From: a virus
Taxonomy: Duplodnaviria > Heunggongvirae > Uroviricota > Caudoviricetes
Direction: 5' to 3' (one strand)
IMG/VR virus record: IMGVR_UViG_2690315831_000003
Length of the DNA stretch: 51,350 nucleotides
The notes under the pieces are model-generated. The model saw only the letters and a program-made list of their open reading frames with translations. It ran no database searches and was not told the DNA's origin. Positions 1 to 8,764 of the stretch are shown here, piece after piece (position 1 is the stretch's first letter; every line of letters starts with the position of its first letter). The position numbers were made by a program, and so were the translations under genes.

Positions 1-1131
1 TCAAATGACCAGTTTTTTCCACTCTTTACCGCGTACATCGTTGTAAATATCGGTCATTTTTTGATTCGAATGACCCAGCAAAATTTGGGTATCAATTCCC
101 TGCTCCCTGAACAATCGCTCTGATAAAGATCTCTGCTCATGGAAAGAGGGTGGAGTGCCATTAGCGCGCCAGTTGTAATCCACAGAATCCCGGGCTTTTT
201 TAAATGCAACTGTCAACGTTGCTGGCTTAACCATCCCGCCGCGCTTAGCTGTCCCTTTAGCATGATGGTGGTGCAATAACCACGGACTAAGAACGCAATC
301 GCGACAGGATGACACTACATCATCCAGGGTGAGATTTAATTTATCGCAACGCAGAGCCAGAGGGATGGCAATCCGGGTTCCTGTTTTTTGCTGTTCGACA
401 TGAAGATAACCATCCCTGATATCCGAAAATTTCATTTTGCAAATATCTGAAAGGCGCTGGCCTGTCATCAGCGCCAGCAGCATACCACGTTGTAAAAAGT
501 AACCATCCTTTTCCGCTGCATTATAAATCATCATCCACTCATCAAAGGTCAGTCGTTGCCGTGATATCCGTACCTGTGGTTTTTTTGCCGATTCTGCAGG
601 GTTAAAGCCTGGCGAGACATCGCCCGTTTGCTGGGCCTCCCGGAAAACATCAATCAGTACTTTCCTGAAAATTTGTCCCATTCTGTTATGTCCTTTTGCC
701 TTGTAATCTTCCAGCACCGATACCACATCTTTTACGGTTATGGCATCTAATGGTCTGGTACCAAAACGTTCATCAAATACCCTGAGAGGGGATGCTTTCT
801 GTTTCAGTGTGTTGAGTTTGATCTCTCCGTTTTCATATCTTTCCTGTTGAATTTTTCGGTAACTATTCAGAAAAACAGAAACGGTTGATGAACCACCGGT
901 ATCACGAATAATTTTCTCCTGCAGAGTGAGCATTTGTTCCATTTGTTGCCTGGCAAGACGGCTGTTCGCTTCTGCTGCAATAGCTTCTGCCTGTTTCTGG
1001 TCAATACTGCCGAGCCCGTGATTTTTTCCTGTTATGGGATGCCTGTAACGCCAGTAAACTTTGTTATTTCTTTTGTCAAAATACGGAGATAATCCCGGAA
1101 CTTCAGTTTTATATTTTCGTGGGCGCGCCAT
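1..1131 (-). CDS. int: Tyrosine-type site-specific integrase
   Basis: 376-aa ORF ending exactly at window start; position next to an excisionase-like gene; typical phage integrase length and basic N-terminal arm. Confidence 0.85.
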   Translation of the reverse strand: MARPRKYKTEVPGLSPYFDKRNNKVYWRYRHPITGKNHGLGSIDQKQAEAIAAEANSRLARQQMEQMLTLQEKIIRDTGGSSTVSVFLNSYRKIQQERYENGEIKLNTLKQKASPLRVFDERFGTRPLDAITVKDVVSVLEDYKAKGHNRMGQIFRKVLIDVFREAQQTGDVSPGFNPAESAKKPQVRISRQRLTFDEWMMIYNAAEKDGYFLQRGMLLALMTGQRLSDICKMKFSDIRDGYLHVEQQKTGTRIAIPLALRCDKLNLTLDDVVSSCRDCVLSPWLLHHHHAKGTAKRGGMVKPATLTVAFKKARDSVDYNWRANGTPPSFHEQRSLSERLFREQGIDTQILLGHSNQKMTDIYNDVRGKEWKKLVI

Positions 1132-1357
1132 CTTCCAGTATCCTCTTCAAAGCAGGGTGATCTGTGGCGATCACTTCCGGCTTGTTTACCATTCCGACAA
1201 AGCGAGCTCGAGGATCCACTCGCCAGTGTCTTCCAACTTTTTTGGGGAGAGGAAATATCATTCCGGCTTTAGCGTATTTACTTAACGTGCCCGGAGTCGG
1301 GACCGGTTCACTGAATTCCTCTTTTGCCCACTCAGTGAGCAGAATAAGTCTTGCCAT
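1109..1357 (-). CDS. xis: Excisionase-like small DNA-binding protein
   Basis: 82-aa basic ORF overlapping the int start by 23 bp, as in lambda xis/int. Confidence 0.6.
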   Translation of the reverse strand: MARLILLTEWAKEEFSEPVPTPGTLSKYAKAGMIFPLPKKVGRHWRVDPRARFVGMVNKPEVIATDHPALKRILEDGAPTKI

Positions 1358-1421
1358 GAGCGTTGTTCGCTAATCATGGCCGCCGCCACTATAGCTTGCG
1401 GACGACGACCGGGGTTGAACA

Positions 1422-3893
1422 TTAAAAATCAGCCTGACTCGGGATCAGTTTTTGCCAGATGGCTGAAACGTATTTTGCCTGGTAACGCGCATCGTGCAGC
1501 GCGTTATGGCGTTCACCTTCGAATGGAATAGTCGTTCTTGCGTCGAAATCCATCACCAGTCCCAGAGCAACCATCGTTCTTACATCGCGATCATTGGTGT
1601 AACGCCACGGGCAGGGGATCCCCTGCCGTTCATATGAACGGCGTAAAATCACGTTGTCGAAAGTTGCACCGTTACCCCAGACCTGAACAAAAAATTCACC
1701 GGAGTTTTCGTCGATAAATTCCCGGAATTGCAGCAGTGCATCATCCAACGGGATTTCATCGGTCAGAATGGCGGATTGTGCTTCGCGTGACTGTTTCAGC
1801 CACCACTTAATGGTGTCCCGATCGATGACCCCGCCTGCGGTTTCCAGATCGATAGTTTTGCTGAATTCTGGCCCCATCTCTCCGGTTGCCGGATCAAAAA
1901 ACTTACCGGCTATAGCGTTTATTGGCGCATCAGGATTTTTTCCCATTGTTTCAAGGTCAATCATCAGATGGTGCCACAACCTGCTGGTGGATGTGATTTC
2001 ATGATGACCGTTCACTTTAATTAAGGGATTTGCTGTTTCGCCAGTTTTATTATCGCTGGCGTGATACCGATCGCTGACAGTGTTCTCCTTGTGCAGATGT
2101 TCAGTGCCTTCCATTTCCTCCGGATCATTTTCCTGAGCTTCAGCCTGATTCTCTTCATCGAATGTTTCCTGGTAGGTTGCGTTCCCCATCACCGCACCAC
2201 AGTCAGGACAGTTGCCGCCACCGGTCTGACCGCATGCGGTGCAAACTTTTTCCGGTTCTTGTTGCACTTCTGGTTCAGGCAGTTTCGTTTCTGGCTCGTT
2301 TTGTAACGCATTTGGGCTGTTTTGTTCCGCTTTCTGGTCGTTTTGTTCCGATTCGGGCTGGTTCTGGTTCACAGAATCGCGGGTTTCAATCCCCTTAACC
2401 CATTTCGGATCATTCGGGTCGCTAATCCCTTCAACAAACTCACCACGTGATGCACCAAGCAATTTATCGGCGTCAGGCTGGCTGATATTGGCTGCCTGCA
2501 TAATTTTGTTTACTTCGTCAGCGGTAACTTTTACCGGCTCTGGTTGTTCTGAATGTTCAGATATATCTGTATTTTGCGGTAAGCCCATGTATGTGCCGTT
2601 TTTGCGGGCAAAATATTCTTCTTTCGTGATTTCAGTAGCCCCGGCAGCCAGCGCCTTGTCCAGACCAGAAAGTTTGTTTGCGCGACCGTATTTTTCCCCG
2701 TCCTTATCGGTAAAGACGAAATAAAAAGGCCCTTCACGCTCTACAGATGGTTCAGCTTCCACCAGGATTTCATTTTTTTGAGAATTGGATTCCGCCGTCT
2801 CCACTGGATCAGTTTGTTCTGCTGACAGGAGGAGAGCATCAGCAGGGCTCTGGTCTGTTTCTTCATGTTCAAATACGCCCTTTGTAGTCAGGTATTCAGT
2901 GATGTATTTGTTCAGCGCCACGGGATCTTTATGAATGTCGATCGGACGTTCACGAACAAGGCCGAAAATAGTCTGACGGCTGTATAGAAGTGCATCAGGT
3001 TGTTTGCGCATTGATGCAGAGATACGCTTCCAGTCTTCGCGATCCTTGTCGATAACTTCATTTTTTGCCCAGCGATGGATGCTGCCGTCAATGTTTCCGG
3101 CATCAATATCACCAGGCCAGAGAGCGTAAGCCAGCTCTTCATCCAGTGTTTTCCATGTCTGCCTGTATTCGCGACGAATGGCTGTAGTGACAGGGTTGAT
3201 TTTTGCTGCTGAGTTTTCGGTGAGGTGCTGGTTAACTCTGGTGCGTGCGAGATCAACAACAGACGTATATTTTCCGGTTTCCTTGCGTTTACCTTCGCGA
3301 CGTTTTTTCCAGATGCGCATCTCTGCCTGAATTTCTGGCCATTTGGCACCAGGCTTACATTTATGCTTAACCCACCCGATGGCATGCAGTTTAATCTCCG
3401 GATACATGGCGTTAACTTCTGGCATTTTCATCAACGCTTCAACGATATGTCCGTCGAATGTTGCCATGTCTTCCTGCAACAATTCCTGTGCGCTAATCAC
3501 CATATCAACGGTGATGTTTTCACATGTGTCGAACTTAACCATGACAGCGTTCTGTACTTCAGGGGACAGCTTGTCAAAAGTGACGTTCATCGGATCTGAT
3601 TCAGTCTCAACCGGGACAAAGGAAGCAGACGCCTCATCCCAGCGGTTTTCCAGCATATATTCAGCATCCCAGGAGTCGAGGGCTGGGCGGGGTGTACCGG
3701 GTTTATCCTCACAGACAAGAAATTTATAAGCGCAGTCCTGAGCAGCCGGATAATGTTCAAGGAATTGCCAGTGAAATTTTGCGCGGGCGCGACGTTCATC
3801 ACCGGCTTCAATGGCAGTGGCCACAGCAACAGCGCCCTCGTTTTTTATTGCCTGTTCGTCAGGAATGGCGGCGCAAATAAATATTTTACTCAT
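1422..3893 (-). CDS. Large exonuclease (the type often annotated exodeoxyribonuclease VIII-like) with C-terminal DnaQ/DEDDh 3'-5' exonuclease domain
   Basis: 823 aa; C-terminal motifs IDLETMG and HNALHDARYQAK fit DEDDh Exo I and Exo III; Cys-rich CTACGQTGGGNCPDCGA segment mid-protein; RBS GAGG before ATG at 3893. Confidence 0.7.
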   Translation of the reverse strand: MSKIFICAAIPDEQAIKNEGAVAVATAIEAGDERRARAKFHWQFLEHYPAAQDCAYKFLVCEDKPGTPRPALDSWDAEYMLENRWDEASASFVPVETESDPMNVTFDKLSPEVQNAVMVKFDTCENITVDMVISAQELLQEDMATFDGHIVEALMKMPEVNAMYPEIKLHAIGWVKHKCKPGAKWPEIQAEMRIWKKRREGKRKETGKYTSVVDLARTRVNQHLTENSAAKINPVTTAIRREYRQTWKTLDEELAYALWPGDIDAGNIDGSIHRWAKNEVIDKDREDWKRISASMRKQPDALLYSRQTIFGLVRERPIDIHKDPVALNKYITEYLTTKGVFEHEETDQSPADALLLSAEQTDPVETAESNSQKNEILVEAEPSVEREGPFYFVFTDKDGEKYGRANKLSGLDKALAAGATEITKEEYFARKNGTYMGLPQNTDISEHSEQPEPVKVTADEVNKIMQAANISQPDADKLLGASRGEFVEGISDPNDPKWVKGIETRDSVNQNQPESEQNDQKAEQNSPNALQNEPETKLPEPEVQQEPEKVCTACGQTGGGNCPDCGAVMGNATYQETFDEENQAEAQENDPEEMEGTEHLHKENTVSDRYHASDNKTGETANPLIKVNGHHEITSTSRLWHHLMIDLETMGKNPDAPINAIAGKFFDPATGEMGPEFSKTIDLETAGGVIDRDTIKWWLKQSREAQSAILTDEIPLDDALLQFREFIDENSGEFFVQVWGNGATFDNVILRRSYERQGIPCPWRYTNDRDVRTMVALGLVMDFDARTTIPFEGERHNALHDARYQAKYVSAIWQKLIPSQADF

Positions 3894-4173
3894 TGTGTTT
3901 AAACCTCATTACAGATTTCAGGGTGAACGAATCCCTGCCATTGCTGGCATTTTTAATCCGTTGGTATGGCGTTAATATGGCTGGCGGGTTATCCAGCCGG
4001 TGTTTCGTTATTCAGGTACAGCGATACTTTGTTTAACGGGAGACATTCACCGGAAATTTATTGCTCGTCTCTTGCCTGATGGCAGGATTCTTTACTGGCA
4101 TAAATTCCGGTAATCACATTCTGTGGCTCACCTGTTATCAGAAAAACCGTCATCATCAGTGCAAACGCTGAAC

Positions 4174-4362
4174 TCACTGCTGCCCTCCGAAAATGCCAAG
4201 TTTAATAAGGGCAATTCTGGAGAGAATGGAATTATCATTGAGAAGATAAGGCTCATATTTTCTCATCCTGATGGCGTCCTCAGTAAACTCCCGGTTACTG
4301 AGCAGAATACCAATATTAAAACACCCTTCAGACGTATTAACGTTTGGTAGTGACGTTTCCAT
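4174..4362 (-). CDS. dicB: DicB-like cell-division inhibitor
   Basis: 62-aa ORF METSLPNVNTSEGCF... closely matches recalled Qin DicB N-terminus MKTLLPNVNTSEGCFEIG... Confidence 0.75.
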   Translation of the reverse strand: METSLPNVNTSEGCFNIGILLSNREFTEDAIRMRKYEPYLLNDNSILSRIALIKLGIFGGQQ

Positions 4363-4539
4363 TATCGCGTCCTCAACAATGAATTTTGTGATGTGGTGCC
4401 TGGTGCCTCCAGGTGACGTTAACCAGTTAACAATTAACGCCGGATTGTTAGTTGATGTCTGTTACGCCAGTAAAAGACCGCTTGTTTTAACTGTTCCGCG
4501 TGCGCTTAGCCGCATTCACCGCATCACAAAATACACTTT

Positions 4540-4578
4540 AAAAATGGCGGATATCCATTTCCGCCGAATCACCAGAAA
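4540..4578 (-). ncRNA. dicF: DicF-like small RNA immediately upstream of dicB
   Basis: Minus-strand reads UUUCUGGUGAUUCGGCGGAAAUGGAUAUCCGCCAUUUUU: DicF-like 5' seed followed by stem-loop and U-run; downstream spacer also resembles the recalled dicF-dicB spacer. Confidence 0.5.
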
Positions 4579-4890
4579 AGTGATAACAGAGGTTGTTGTG
4601 GCGGTGTTGTCACTCAGGCGTATGGTCAACCTGACAACCCGGTGCATTTTCTGGAGCAATGGAGGAAGCCCCAGCCATACTTACCGCCGCGCCATTTCGC
4701 GGATTGCCACAACCGGAAGCGCACGATCGAATTACATTTAACGACAACATATACAGAGAGACTAACTTCGCCGAGCGCTTTCGTGTTGTGTGCCTGCTTT
4801 TAACCACGTCAGGCGAGGTGGACCTGTTATTCCCCAACAACAAGGAGCTTGTTAATCTGGATATCCCCAACAACAATAAGAGTATTGAAT

Positions 4891-5406
4891 GTGATCGCTG
4901 AATTAACGGCAGCAATGACGGCTATTCGTGAAACCGCTCAGATTACAAAACTAATGAACGAGGCAAAAACTCAAGCTGAAGTAAATGCGGCTATTGGTGA
5001 ACTGAACTCAAAGCTTGCATCTATTCAGCACGAATGCGTGTCTCTCGTTGAGCTGGTGAGCACTTATCAAGAAATAAATGCTTCTCTCAAAGCTAAAATT
5101 GCAGAATTTGAAAACTTTGAGGCTCAGACGGAAGGTTATATCCTTAACCAACTTGAGTCGGGAACTTTTGTGTACTCGAAGGAGGTAACCGTGAACGGCG
5201 GCAGCATAATCATGCATCTTTGTCCAAAATGTTTTGGACAAAAGATAGTATCGATACTTCAACCATTCCCGGTTAGAGAACATGAGTTTTTTCATAAAAG
5301 CAGGTGCCTCTACTGTGAAAATCAGTTTCTTATGAATAAAAATCCGGATTATGTATCGCCTCCATCTATTGAGGAGTTGGCCAGAAAACTGAACGGCAAT
5401 CTGTAG
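4891..5406 (+). CDS. Hypothetical coiled-coil protein with C-terminal CxxC...CxxC zinc ribbon; low-GC cargo gene oriented against the leftward early operon
   Basis: Long ORF in AT-rich DNA; GTG at 4891 with AAGAG upstream (track start 4849 is TTG; ATG alternatives 4915, 4954); motifs CPKCFGQK and CLYCENQF. Confidence 0.45.
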   Translation: MIAELTAAMTAIRETAQITKLMNEAKTQAEVNAAIGELNSKLASIQHECVSLVELVSTYQEINASLKAKIAEFENFEAQTEGYILNQLESGTFVYSKEVTVNGGSIIMHLCPKCFGQKIVSILQPFPVREHEFFHKSRCLYCENQFLMNKNPDYVSPPSIEELARKLNGNL

Positions 5407-5519
5407 ATTGTTACTGTTATGGATATCCAGATTGTTAAAGAGCATGCCGGATGCTTGCTTGTGTCCGGCGCGTGTGCACCAGTTCTCCCCGTGGAGGATT
5501 CCTTAACTACCAGACTTCA

Positions 5520-5672
5520 TTAGTCAGAGTTTCTTGCTAACCAGCGACGCGCGCCAGCTTCAGTTTTAAACGTTTTGCTTCTGGTATACGTCATCGCGGT
5601 AAACGTGCCGTCCTGGTTGGGGAATACTCCGCATACCAGAGATTCGTTGTTGCCAAGATTGAGCGTATCCAT
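5520..5672 (-). CDS. Small YdfA-like early protein (50 aa)
   Basis: Minus-strand ORF MDTLNLGNNESLVCGVFPNQDGTFTAMTYTRSKTFKTEAGARRWLARNSD with GAGG RBS 6 nt upstream; below the 60-aa cutoff of the ORF track. Confidence 0.45.
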   Translation of the reverse strand: MDTLNLGNNESLVCGVFPNQDGTFTAMTYTRSKTFKTEAGARRWLARNSD

Positions 5673-5829
5673 GTTGACCTCATTTGCCCTTAACGCCGGG
5701 TCGCGGAACTAAAAACCTGCTGCGCTGTTATACAAAGTGTTCCCGCCGTCATGTTCATACGCCTCGGGCTGGCTACTTAACCCCTGACCACTGCCTGGTA
5801 ACTCGAAGTATTGCCTGGCGTTCTGTGGG

Positions 5830-5900
5830 GCGGGGTGGGTTGGTGATATAATGTACCTGCTGTTCATTAATGTAAAGTACTTTTAGTACATTTTTGTGAG
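5830..5900 (-). promoter_or_regulatory. Candidate leftward early promoter/operator region (pL-like)
   Basis: Sits between repressor stop and first leftward gene; palindrome AAAGTACTTT and a TTGTGAG motif shared with the oR region; promoter hexamers not resolved. Confidence 0.3.
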
Positions 5901-5967
5901 AGGTAAAATATCAGGAGGGGATGAGAGGAGCATAAACCCGGAGGGAAGCTACCGGATTTATGCAGAT

Positions 5968-6387
5968 TCAGGAGGCTTTTTGTTTTTTCTTTCGCGCTAA
6001 TTCTTCATAAATTGCGTTGTACTTCTGTTTTTTCTCCTCAAGAGTTTTTAAAAGTTCATCAGTTTCACTGTCAGGGAGTTCATCAAGAAGTTCAATGATG
6101 ATTTTTTGCTTCGGACTTAACTCCTGATAGAAACGCAGGCTTCCGCTTTCTTCAGTGTCCTCCCCCAGAAGGTAAGTTGGTGTTGTTCCGATAAGTGCTG
6201 CCAATTCTTTCAGTTTCTCTCGACGGGGAATTGCCTCTCCATTAAACCATTTACTAACCGCTTTGGGTGTTAGCTTCATTCGACGGGCAATTTCTGCCTG
6301 CCTTCCGTGTTGTTCAAAGCCAGCATTTTCACAGGCTAGCGCAAGCCTGCTGGCGAACTCTTTACGCGCTTCATCTTCATGAACCAT
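5968..6387 (-). CDS. Prophage repressor, DicA-like (HTH only, no S24 peptidase domain)
   Basis: 139 aa; N-terminal HTH segment; C-terminal acidic LP-rich helix resembles recalled DicA C-terminus; divergent from cro-like gene. Confidence 0.8.
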   Translation of the reverse strand: MVHEDEARKEFASRLALACENAGFEQHGRQAEIARRMKLTPKAVSKWFNGEAIPRREKLKELAALIGTTPTYLLGEDTEESGSLRFYQELSPKQKIIIELLDELPDSETDELLKTLEEKKQKYNAIYEELARKKKQKAS

Positions 6388-6466
6388 AAGTTCAATGATA
6401 TTTGCTATTGAATGTACTGTCAGTTCTGTTATATTGTGTACTCAAAGTTCACATTGTGAGGGTGAT
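6388..6466. promoter_or_regulatory. Divergent pRM/pR promoter-operator region
   Basis: Plus strand -35 TTGAAT (6408-6413), 16-17 nt spacer, -10 TATATT (6430-6435) before cro-like gene; minus strand CTGACA-17 nt-TATCAT giving a near-leaderless repressor mRNA; inverted repeats TTCAAT...ATTGAA and TCACATTGTGA. Confidence 0.5.
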
Positions 6467-6733
6467 ATGAGCCATACAACACTTGCAGATGTAATCAAAG
6501 CAGTTCGCGTTTCTGTTGTAGCCGATGTTTGCGGTGTCAGCCAAAGAGCAATCTACAAATGGATGAATAATGGAAAATTACCGCGCACAGAATATACAGG
6601 CGAAACAAATTACGCTGAAAAAATTGCTCTGGCATCAAACGGATTATTTTCTGCTGATGCGGTTTTGACTATTGGCAGGATTAAGCCTACAGCGAATGAA
6701 TCACTGGCGGTGAACAATGAAAATCACCCCTGA
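6467..6733 (+). CDS. Cro/DicC-like HTH regulator
   Basis: ATG at 6467 preceded by GAGGGTGA; HTH segment VCGVSQRAIYKWMNNGKLP; divergent from repressor. Confidence 0.7.
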   Translation: MSHTTLADVIKAVRVSVVADVCGVSQRAIYKWMNNGKLPRTEYTGETNYAEKIALASNGLFSADAVLTIGRIKPTANESLAVNNENHP

Positions 6734-7268
6734 ACAGGTTTGTGAGGCTCTGGATGCCTGGGTATGCCGACCAGGAATGACACAGGAGCAGGCGACGATA
6801 TTAATCACGGAAGCATTCTGGGCTCTGAAAGAACGCCCGAACATCGATGTTCAACGCGTCACGTTTAATGATGGCGAGGTTGATCAACGGGCGCTGGGCG
6901 TTAATCGAGTGAAGATATTCGAACGCTGGAAGGCTATCGACACCAGGGATAAGCGTGAAAAATTCACGGCGCTGATTCCGGCAATTATGGAGGCTATCCG
7001 GGTAAGTGATTTCAGGTTGTATTGTGAAATTACTGACGGAAAAAGCATTACGTACATGATCGCCGGGTTAAACAAAGAGTATGGCGATGTGGTGGAGTCC
7101 GGGCTGCTTTTTGCGGATCCAGTTGTTGTGGAACGTGAGACTGATGAGCTTATAGAAAAAGCCATTGCTTTCAAGCGTGCGTATCGTCAGCAATACCAAC
7201 ATTACTTTGCAGATAAACAAATATCTGTCTGGGGTTCGTATGAGTATCGATGCACTACGATGGGCTAA
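6717..7268 (+). CDS. Early protein in the CII/YdaT position, function uncertain
   Basis: 183-aa ORF overlapping cro-like stop; position between cro and replication genes. Confidence 0.5.
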   Translation: MKITPEQVCEALDAWVCRPGMTQEQATILITEAFWALKERPNIDVQRVTFNDGEVDQRALGVNRVKIFERWKAIDTRDKREKFTALIPAIMEAIRVSDFRLYCEITDGKSITYMIAGLNKEYGDVVESGLLFADPVVVERETDELIEKAIAFKRAYRQQYQHYFADKQISVWGSYEYRCTTMG

Positions 7269-8277
7269 AAAGGTGAAAACCGGCAGTTCATCCAGTAAGT
7301 CAGTATTGACCTGGCTTGCTGATATGTGCGGTGCCGATTTGTGCGCATACCCGTCTATATCTGCACTGGCAGAAGTAACGGAACTGAACAAAAAGACTGT
7401 GCAGGACAGTTTACGACACCTGATGGAGATTGGGTTAATTGTTGATACTGGTGAGAGAAAAGGCAGAACAAAGCAAATTGTGGTGTACCGACTTATCGGT
7501 GTAGAAGAAAGTGTTGCCGAGCCTGAATACACCCAAAAACGGGAGTCTTTAAAGGTGGGTAAAATTGGTACTGTTAATAAAAATAGTACCGAAAATGGTT
7601 ATGTTTCAGCACAAAACAGACCCAAAAACGGAACTCTTAGCTGCATGGAAAATAACCAAAGACACCCAAATTTTCCATCAAAGACACCCAAAAACGGATC
7701 ACGGAACCCAAAGGAACCCAAAGATCTAAACCCCACACATAACGCACGCGAGAGTGCTCCGACCAGTGAGCAGGAAGTTTTGTCGTTACAGGCAGCGCCC
7801 CCTGTATTCTTGGATGGCCTGAGCGAACCCATCGGGAAATTTTCGATGACTACTGTCTGGCAGCCGTCGCTGGATTTTCGACAACGGGCAGTAGTGTGGG
7901 GTATGGCTCTGCCTGAGCCGGAATTTACACCTGCTGAGCTTGCCGCATTCCGGGATTACTGGATGGCGGAGGGGAAGGTTTTCACGCAGGTTCAGTGGGA
8001 GCAGAAATTTGCCCGTCACGTGCAGCACGTCAGGGCACAGGTAAAACCAGTCAGCAAGGGGGTAAGCCATGCAGCATCAGGTGGCACGGCATCACGGGCA
8101 GTTCAGGAAATCCGGGCAGCACGCGAACAGTGGGAACGTGAAAACGGATTTATCAGCAACGGAAACGGCCTGGAAGCTGTGGGAGCTTATGGGGGAGGTG
8201 TATTCGAACCGCTGGACTCAGAAGAATGGGGCCGCACCTTCGAAGCTCTGGATTGCCCAGATTGGTGCGATGACTGA
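7240..8277 (+). CDS. Replication initiator, O-like (N-terminal winged-helix, iterons inside the gene)
   Basis: ATG at 7240 (MSIDALRWAKKV...) with GGGG upstream; iteron cluster within the coding sequence as for lambda O. Confidence 0.75.
   Translation: MSIDALRWAKKVKTGSSSSKSVLTWLADMCGADLCAYPSISALAEVTELNKKTVQDSLRHLMEIGLIVDTGERKGRTKQIVVYRLIGVEESVAEPEYTQKRESLKVGKIGTVNKNSTENGYVSAQNRPKNGTLSCMENNQRHPNFPSKTPKNGSRNPKEPKDLNPTHNARESAPTSEQEVLSLQAAPPVFLDGLSEPIGKFSMTTVWQPSLDFRQRAVVWGMALPEPEFTPAELAAFRDYWMAEGKVFTQVQWEQKFARHVQHVRAQVKPVSKGVSHAASGGTASRAVQEIRAAREQWERENGFISNGNGLEAVGAYGGGVFEPLDSEEWGRTFEALDCPDWCDD
7560..7730. repeat. Candidate replication origin: AT-rich palindrome plus ACCCAAA(AACGGA) iterons
   Basis: GGTACTgttaataaaaatAGTACC palindrome (about 7567-7590) followed by at least five ACCCAAA-containing repeats at about 7620, 7664, 7686, 7706, 7718. 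Confidence 0.55.
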
Positions 8278-8731
8278 ACAGCAAATCCGTCTGGTCTGCC
8301 GTCAGTGCATGGACCGCTGCCGGGCGGGTGAAACGTGGCCCCCGGACCTGGCTGAGTTTGTTGCGCTGATTTCGGAGAGTGGGGCAAATCCATTTGGTCT
8401 TACGGTGGATGCCGTGATGGAAGAGTACCGGCGCTGGCGCAATGAATCCTGGCGATACGACGGGAGTGATAAATACCCGTGGCCACAGCCTGTGCTGTAC
8501 CACATCTGCCTCGAAATGCGTACCAGAGGGATTGAGCGCCAGATGACGCAGGGTGAGTTAAAACGACTTGCGGAACGGCAACTGACGAAATGGGCAAAGC
8601 ATGTTGGTAACGGGATGAGTGTTCCGCCAGTGCGACGACAACTGGAAGGGGCGAAACACCCGAAAGGGCCAACGCCAATTGAACGGCTGAAACAGGAATA
8701 CGAACGCCGGAAGGCTGCTGGTTTTGTTTGA
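8069..8731 (+). CDS. Replication protein P-like (helicase loader)
   Basis: C-terminal half aligns by eye with recalled lambda P (segments around YPW and the preceding GxxTxEQ region); strong SD GGGGGT before ATG 8069; overlaps the O-like 3' end by about 200 bp in another frame, alternative start ATG 8189. Confidence 0.65.
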   Translation: MQHQVARHHGQFRKSGQHANSGNVKTDLSATETAWKLWELMGEVYSNRWTQKNGAAPSKLWIAQIGAMTEQQIRLVCRQCMDRCRAGETWPPDLAEFVALISESGANPFGLTVDAVMEEYRRWRNESWRYDGSDKYPWPQPVLYHICLEMRTRGIERQMTQGELKRLAERQLTKWAKHVGNGMSVPPVRRQLEGAKHPKGPTPIERLKQEYERRKAAGFV

Positions 8732-8764
8732 ATCTGGGAAACGATTTTGTCGGAGGAAATTTTA

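Noticed and set aside
4060-4160. Possible 32-aa minus-strand ORF (MMTVFLITGEPQNVITGIYASKESCHQARDEQ) downstream of dicB
   Set aside because: No RBS at suitable spacing and very short; cannot be supported from sequence alone
4271-4741. Plus-strand 156-aa ORF overlapping dicB and the dicF-like RNA
   Set aside because: Overlaps a well-supported minus-strand gene and sRNA; no RBS; composition atypical
5008-5445. Minus-strand 145-aa ORF overlapping the zinc-ribbon gene
   Set aside because: Translation is low-complexity (Asn/Leu/Ile/Phe-rich from AT-rich DNA) and lacks the Cys motifs and coiled coil of the plus-strand ORF; retained as an alternative to test
5836-5850. Perfect TATAAT on the plus strand at about 5843-5848
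   Set aside because: Would drive transcription into the 3' end of the convergent repressor gene; no good -35 at proper spacing; more likely part of the leftward promoter/operator region
7165-7239. Upstream extension of the O-like ORF to 7165
   Set aside because: ATG 7240 has a G-rich RBS and begins a plausible N-terminus; the extension overlaps the preceding gene
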